11,455 nucleotides of DNA from Promethearchaeia archaeon (GTDB lineage: Archaea; Asgardarchaeota; Lokiarchaeia; Sigyniarchaeales; SOKP01). Location: assembly GCA_046497275.1 (NCBI GenBank), contig JAWOFX010000069.1, forward strand, positions 1 through 11,455, written 5' to 3'. The notes beneath the pieces are model-generated. The model was not told where the DNA came from. It saw only the letters and a list, made by a program, of their open reading frames with translations, and did no database searches. This document shows positions 7,154 to 11,455 of this stretch, one piece after another; the stretch's first letter is position 1, and each line of letters starts with the position of its first letter. The position numbers were made by a program, and so were the translations under genes.

Positions 7154-7160
7154 TTTTTTT
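7154..7160 (+). terminator. Oligo-T terminator candidate in the 12-bp gap between convergent genes
   Basis: T7 immediately after the kinase stop codon. Confidence 0.4.
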
Positions 7161-7164
7161 GATT

Positions 7165-8139
7165 TTAAATATTTTTCAGTGCGTCAATTTTTTCTAAAAA
7201 TTCCAACATTTTTAGGCATTTATCATCTCTTTCTCTTAATAATTCTTCTTCGCTTCTGTTCCCATAATCATAAAATCCATTACCCGTTTTTACACCCAAA
7301 TTTCCTTTATTTACCAACTCTTCGACTTGTGGATATCTTGTATTTATTTTAAACTCCTTTTGTTTATCAAGTATTAAATCTAATCCGGTAAAATCTTGAG
7401 ATTGAACAATCCCTTGCACAGGTAATCGCACTCCTAACGAGTGTTTTATTGCTAAATCAATTTGCTCTGGAGTGGCCCAACCTTTCTGTATTAATTCCCA
7501 TGTTTGTACCATTATAACTCTTTGAATTCGATTTACAATGAAATTGCTAATAAATTCTTTCAAGATTATAGGTTTTTTACCTAAATCTTTCATTAAATTG
7601 ATAGAAAATTCTATTAATTCTTTTGATGTAGCGTCTCCAGGTATAATTTCTACAAGAGGGATAATATACGCTGGACAAAACCAATGGTGTATGATTAATC
7701 TTTGTGGATTTTCAATATCTGCTAATTCAAATATATTCAGTCCCGAAGTATTGCTTGCGATTATAGTGTTTTTTGAGCAGTATTCGTTAAGTTCTTGATA
7801 AACCATTTTTTTAATTTCAGGAACCTCATTTACAGCCTCAATTGCTAAATCAACATTTTCTGCTGAATCCTGTAAGTTTGTAGATAATTTTAGTCTCTCC
7901 AAAATTTCTGGAATCTGATTTGAATCTATGCGATTATGTTTACTTAGAAGGTCCAAGTTGTTTTTAATAAGCTTTTTTGCTCTATTTAACGCTTTTACTT
8001 CATTATCTATTAAATTTACCTCCATTCCATTTTGGGCATACACTTGGGCAATAGCATGCCCCATTGTACCTGCCCCAACTACCATCACTCTCTTAACTTT
8101 ATATTGATTCATTATGACTGATTTATTGACATTTTTCAT
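7165..8139 (-). CDS. NAD-dependent 3-hydroxyacyl-CoA dehydrogenase-family protein, probably of the free-acid (carnitine/L-gulonate dehydrogenase-like) branch
   Basis: VVGAGTMG Rossmann motif, EAVNE..EIK, ASNTSG, HHWFCP...PLVE (His-Glu dyad), FIVNRIQ, SLGVRL, GVKTGNGFY and C-terminal RERDDKCL. The track start at 8214 gives a non-homologous extension; ATG 8139 or 8112 is more likely, and a TTTATATA box at 8179-8172 fits 8139. Confidence 0.9.
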   Translation of the reverse strand: MKNVNKSVIMNQYKVKRVMVVGAGTMGHAIAQVYAQNGMEVNLIDNEVKALNRAKKLIKNNLDLLSKHNRIDSNQIPEILERLKLSTNLQDSAENVDLAIEAVNEVPEIKKMVYQELNEYCSKNTIIASNTSGLNIFELADIENPQRLIIHHWFCPAYIIPLVEIIPGDATSKELIEFSINLMKDLGKKPIILKEFISNFIVNRIQRVIMVQTWELIQKGWATPEQIDLAIKHSLGVRLPVQGIVQSQDFTGLDLILDKQKEFKINTRYPQVEELVNKGNLGVKTGNGFYDYGNRSEEELLRERDDKCLKMLEFLEKIDALKNI

Positions 8140-8171
8140 TATTTTCTTATTTTCAAAAATAGTTTCCAATC

Positions 8172-8179
8172 TATATAAA
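8172..8179 (-). promoter_or_regulatory. TATA box in the about 110-bp divergent promoter region between the dehydrogenase and the HisC-like gene
   Basis: TTTATATA on -, preceded by GAAATATA, sits at the expected distance for a short-leader transcript starting shortly before ATG 8139. It also reads TATATAAA on +. Confidence 0.5.
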
Positions 8180-8250
8180 TATATTTCAGAAAAGATTAAG
8201 ATAAAAGAACACATTATTCAAAATAGTGCTTCTAATCTTAAGTGATTGAA

Positions 8251-9228
8251 ATGAAAGTTTATCTCGATAAAAATGAAATGCCGTATCCACCTCCCAAAAA
8301 TATTATAAACTCTGTGAAAGAGTGTTTAAAAAACATAAATAGATATACTCCTCAAGAAAAAGTTGATGAATTAACTGCTTTATTAGCGAACTATAATAAT
8401 ATTGATGAGGATCGGCTTTTTCTTAGCCCTGGATCTGATCTCCTTTTGAAAGAATTCATATTCTTATATTCAAACATAGAGCAAATTATTATCCCAGATC
8501 CAACTTTTATCATCATTGAAAATGCAGTAGAAAAATTGTCTACTTCCGTTTTAAAGGTTAAATTATCTGCCCCCGATTTTAAATTCCCTGTAAAATTTAT
8601 CAAATTTGAATTGAAACAACCCACATTGATTATTATAGACAATCCAAATAATCCTACTGGACAATTAATTATAAATCAAAAAGAAGTTGAAAGTTTATTA
8701 CAAAATAAGGAAGTTTTTCTTCTAATAGATGAAGCTTATTACGAATTTTCAAAACAAACAGTTATCAATTTAACGGAAAAATATCCAAATTTAGCTGTGA
8801 TGAGAACTTTAAGCAAATCTTTTGGTTTAGCTGGTTCTGGAATTGGTTATATGGTTGCTGGAACAGAAATTCGAAAAAAATTCAATGGTCTGGAGATCAT
8901 GCTTCCCTATCCAAGTGTAATAGCAGCAACATCCGCATTAAAAAATCTTGATTATTTAAATGAATATATTAATTTGATGGAAAAAGAAAAACAAAGATTA
9001 ATTGAACAGATTAGAAAATTCGGTTTCGAAACTTATTCAAGTAAGACTAATTTTCTTCTAATTAATACTGGTATACCAAACATTGCGGAAAAGCTCGCAA
9101 ATAATAAAGTCTATGTATACGATGCTTCGAATTATTTTAGTTCAGGTTATATTCGTGTAACAATTAGCACCGAAGAAGAAAACAATTATTTTTTAGATGT
9201 ATTGGAAAAAATCAAAATTAATAATTAG
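8251..9228 (+). CDS. HisC-like fold-type I PLP-dependent enzyme (aminotransferase class I/II), divergent
   Basis: LDKNEMP, NRY, GSD, PTF, NPNNPTG, IDEAYYEF, RTLSK (PLP Lys, 8815-8817), TNF and YIRVTI. ATG 8251 is preferred over GTG 8242, which looks like the RBS. Confidence 0.9.
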   Translation: MKVYLDKNEMPYPPPKNIINSVKECLKNINRYTPQEKVDELTALLANYNNIDEDRLFLSPGSDLLLKEFIFLYSNIEQIIIPDPTFIIIENAVEKLSTSVLKVKLSAPDFKFPVKFIKFELKQPTLIIIDNPNNPTGQLIINQKEVESLLQNKEVFLLIDEAYYEFSKQTVINLTEKYPNLAVMRTLSKSFGLAGSGIGYMVAGTEIRKKFNGLEIMLPYPSVIAATSALKNLDYLNEYINLMEKEKQRLIEQIRKFGFETYSSKTNFLLINTGIPNIAEKLANNKVYVYDASNYFSSGYIRVTISTEEENNYFLDVLEKIKINN

Positions 9229-9320
9229 TAAAAAATAAGGGATAAAGAAATATTTTTAACTCTTTAAAGGGAATATTTTTGTATATTAAAGATTGTTTCT
9301 AAATATTAAAAAAAATTTAT

Positions 9321-10172
9321 ATGAGTAGAATTAATATGTCGAACGATATTAATAAGGTATCCATTATTGGAGCTGGTTTCACAGGAAAGCAAATCGCTGC
9401 GAGAACTTCATTATATGATTATAAAGTAAGTTTATATGACATTAATGAACAAGTATTAGAGGATGTGAAAGATTTTTTGAACAAATATTTTCGACCTAAG
9501 AATAAAAGGGATAAATATAATAATCTCACTCTTGAAAGCGATCTTTCCAAAGCTTTGAAAGATACAGATCTCGTGATTGAAGCAGTTCCAGAAGATATTG
9601 AATTAAAAAAGCACGTTTTTAAACAGATAGATCAATTAGCACCTTCTCATACTATTATTGGAACTAATAGTTCTTCTTTTCCAGTTTCAAAGATAGAAGA
9701 TGCCGTGAAGCGTAAGGATAAAATATTAAATATTCATTTTTATCCTCCCATCCCTCTAAGACCTATGGTAGATATAATGAAGGGAAATCAAACTAGTGAT
9801 GAGACCTTCGAAAAAGGAAAACAGTGGATTGAATCCATTGAATGCACTCCACTTATAGTAAAGAAAGAGATAATGGGGTTTGTGTTTAATAGGATCTGGA
9901 GAGCAGTGAAGAGAGAAGCTATTCATATGTGGGCAAACGGAAATGCAGATGTTGAAACAATGGATACTGCGTGGAAAATTTTCACAGGTATGAATATGGG
10001 GCCATTTGAATTGATGGATGGCATCGGATTAGACGTAGCATATAATGTTGAGATGTCATATTATGAAGAGAGTGGAGATCCAAAAGATAAACCTCCAGAA
10101 AAATTCAGAGAGAAAATTGAAAAAGGGGAGCTAGGATTAAAGACGGGACAAGGATTTTATAAGTGGAAATGA
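9321..10172 (+). CDS. 3-hydroxyacyl-CoA dehydrogenase-family protein (second paralog)
   Basis: IIGAGFTG, EAVPEDIELK, GTNSSS, HFYPP...MVD, GFVFNR, MGPFELMDGIGLD and GLKTGQGFY. The start could be 9321 or 9336. Confidence 0.92.
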   Translation: MSRINMSNDINKVSIIGAGFTGKQIAARTSLYDYKVSLYDINEQVLEDVKDFLNKYFRPKNKRDKYNNLTLESDLSKALKDTDLVIEAVPEDIELKKHVFKQIDQLAPSHTIIGTNSSSFPVSKIEDAVKRKDKILNIHFYPPIPLRPMVDIMKGNQTSDETFEKGKQWIESIECTPLIVKKEIMGFVFNRIWRAVKREAIHMWANGNADVETMDTAWKIFTGMNMGPFELMDGIGLDVAYNVEMSYYEESGDPKDKPPEKFREKIEKGELGLKTGQGFYKWK

Positions 10173-10255
10173 TTCAAAGAAGGGAACATAAACATTATTT
10201 TTATATTATTAGAAAATTCTTTTTCAAAACAATAATTCTTTTATATCTTTAACAA

Positions 10256-10267
10256 GAAATTTATCTA
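10256..10267 (+). promoter_or_regulatory. Candidate BRE-TATA for the BKACE gene
   Basis: GAAA-TTTATCTA about 30 nt upstream of the ATG at 10297, consistent with a nearly leaderless transcript. No RBS is visible. Confidence 0.4.
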
Positions 10268-10296
10268 TAATAGTAATAACAAAAAAAAAATTAAAA

Positions 10297-11211
10297 ATGA
10301 AACCAGATCTTTTAACTCGGGATAAAGTTATTGTGACTGTTGCTATAACTGGAGGGATTCATGGAAAATGGGCAAATGAAGCCATACCAATTACCCCAGA
10401 AGAGCAAGCAGAAGATGCTTTAGAATGTTACAAGGCAGGAGCAGCAATTTGCCATCTCCATGTACGTGGTGAGGATGGGCAAAATACGCCTGATATAGAA
10501 GTATATAATAAGGCAGTGAGATTAATCCAAGAAAAATGCCCAATTATTACTCAAATTGGCAATGGAATTGGAGCAAGAATTGAACATGGAGTTAAGACTA
10601 GCAGTAGTGGTAAAAAATATGGGCAAGCAATAGTTATGCCTACTCTTAAACAAAGGTTGAATCTTCTTACAATAAGTCCACAACCAGACATGTTTACGAT
10701 TAACGCGGGAACCTTTGAATTCAGAACACCTTATGGAAGTCATACTTTTGATAATCCGCTTGATTTCAATAAACGTTATGTAAAGAAATGCAAAAAACTT
10801 GGTTGTGGGATTGAAATTGAGGTATATGATTCAGGCCACATTGCTAATATCATGGATTTAGTAGATATGGGCGTCTTGGAACCTCCTCTTCATTTTAGTC
10901 TTGTATTAGGAATTCAAGGTGGTGCTCCAGCTACTCCAGAAAATTTGATGCATATGATCCATCAACTACCAGAAGATTCTACGTGGCAAGTTGTCACAGT
11001 TGGAAAATATAATTTAAGGACTACTGTAATTGCTATGTGTATGGGAGGGAATATCAGAACAGGTCTAGAAGACACTATTTACTTTGATAAAGGAGAATTA
11101 GTAGAAAGTAATGCTCAACTAGTCAGACGTATGGTACGATTCGCAAAACAAATCGGAAGAGAGCCTGCTACGGTAGAAGAAACACGAGAATTATTAAATT
11201 TAAGTAATTAA
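10297..11211 (+). CDS. Beta-keto acid cleavage enzyme (BKACE / DUF849, 3-keto-5-aminohexanoate cleavage enzyme family)
   Basis: IVTVAITG, PITPEEQA, Zn-binding HLH, TINAGT, EIEVYD, HFSLVLG..GG, GGNIRTGLED (catalytic Arg, Zn Glu), SNAQLV and GREPAT. Confidence 0.95.
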   Translation: MKPDLLTRDKVIVTVAITGGIHGKWANEAIPITPEEQAEDALECYKAGAAICHLHVRGEDGQNTPDIEVYNKAVRLIQEKCPIITQIGNGIGARIEHGVKTSSSGKKYGQAIVMPTLKQRLNLLTISPQPDMFTINAGTFEFRTPYGSHTFDNPLDFNKRYVKKCKKLGCGIEIEVYDSGHIANIMDLVDMGVLEPPLHFSLVLGIQGGAPATPENLMHMIHQLPEDSTWQVVTVGKYNLRTTVIAMCMGGNIRTGLEDTIYFDKGELVESNAQLVRRMVRFAKQIGREPATVEETRELLNLSN

Positions 11212-11265
11212 TTTTTTTCATCACTCGTTTTTTTGGGTAATATCTTTTTATTAAATAAAAAAAAA
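11212..11265. terminator. Possibly bidirectional U-tract terminator region
   Basis: T7 at 11212-11218 and T7 at 11228-11234 on +. An A9 at 11257-11265 would be a U-tract for a convergent minus-strand transcript. Confidence 0.45.
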
Positions 11266-11455
11266 GAATATGCTTATTTTAAACTAGATCGTATTTCCTA
11301 TTAAACATTTATATCGACATAATTTGTGGCGCTTTGGAAAGTTCTTAGAGAAAGTGCAGAGAAAGGGATAAATTTATCTTTCTATCCTTCATAATTATAC
11401 ACCTTTGTGTGGTTCTCCAGGTGCTAAATGCGAAAACCGCAAGTTTTATATTCTT

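Noticed and set aside
7538-7798. 86-aa plus-strand ORF
   Set aside because: Antisense to the dehydrogenase 1 catalytic region.
8140-8214. N-terminal 25-aa extension of dehydrogenase 1 in the ORF track
   Set aside because: No family similarity; it runs through the apparent TATA box and would leave almost no room for divergent promoters.
8391-8642. 83-aa minus-strand ORF
   Set aside because: Antisense within the HisC-like gene.
10170-10235. Possible selenocysteine read-through at the TGA stop of dehydrogenase 2
   Set aside because: The family normally ends at GFYxW/Y, the downstream frame is low-complexity AT-rich sequence, and I see no SECIS-like stem.
10522-10743. 73-aa minus-strand ORF
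   Set aside because: Antisense within BKACE.
11401-11445. Resemblance to a riboswitch or group II intron domain V
   Set aside because: The conserved cores of cobalamin, glycine, fluoride and ZTP riboswitches and the domain V AGC/CGC triad pattern could not be matched.
1-11455. CRISPR array, tRNA/rRNA, transposase or toxin-antitoxin genes
   Set aside because: No regularly spaced repeats, cloverleaf-like GC-rich segments or matching ORFs were seen.

Overview
AT-rich (roughly 30% GC by eye) chromosomal window, most likely from an Asgard archaeon (Lokiarchaeia-like). That assignment is an inference from a stand-alone Rab-like small GTPase, archaeal-style TATA boxes, GGTGA/AGAGGT-type ribosome-binding motifs and oligo-T terminators. 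I see ten complete genes and one partial gene, in this order: truncated NifB/NifX-family protein (-), membrane M28 peptidase (-), Rab-like GTPase (+), MBL-fold hydrolase (-), MthK-like membrane protein with tandem RCK domains but no K+ selectivity filter (+), Mrp/NBP35 Fe-S carrier ATPase (+), COG3199 ATP-NAD kinase-like protein (+), 3-hydroxyacid/3-hydroxyacyl-CoA dehydrogenase (-), divergent HisC-like PLP enzyme (+), second 3-hydroxyacyl-CoA dehydrogenase-family gene (+), and a beta-keto acid cleavage enzyme (BKACE/DUF849) (+). I found no rRNA, tRNA, CRISPR array or transposase. The two best leads are (i) the 7.2-11.2 kb cluster of two dehydrogenases, a PLP enzyme and a BKACE, in which all four enzymes carry substitutions at normally conserved active-site positions, suggesting an undescribed beta-hydroxy/beta-keto acid catabolic route, and (ii) the channel-like protein whose TVGYG filter is missing. 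Comparisons with reference proteins are from recall, not from a database search.
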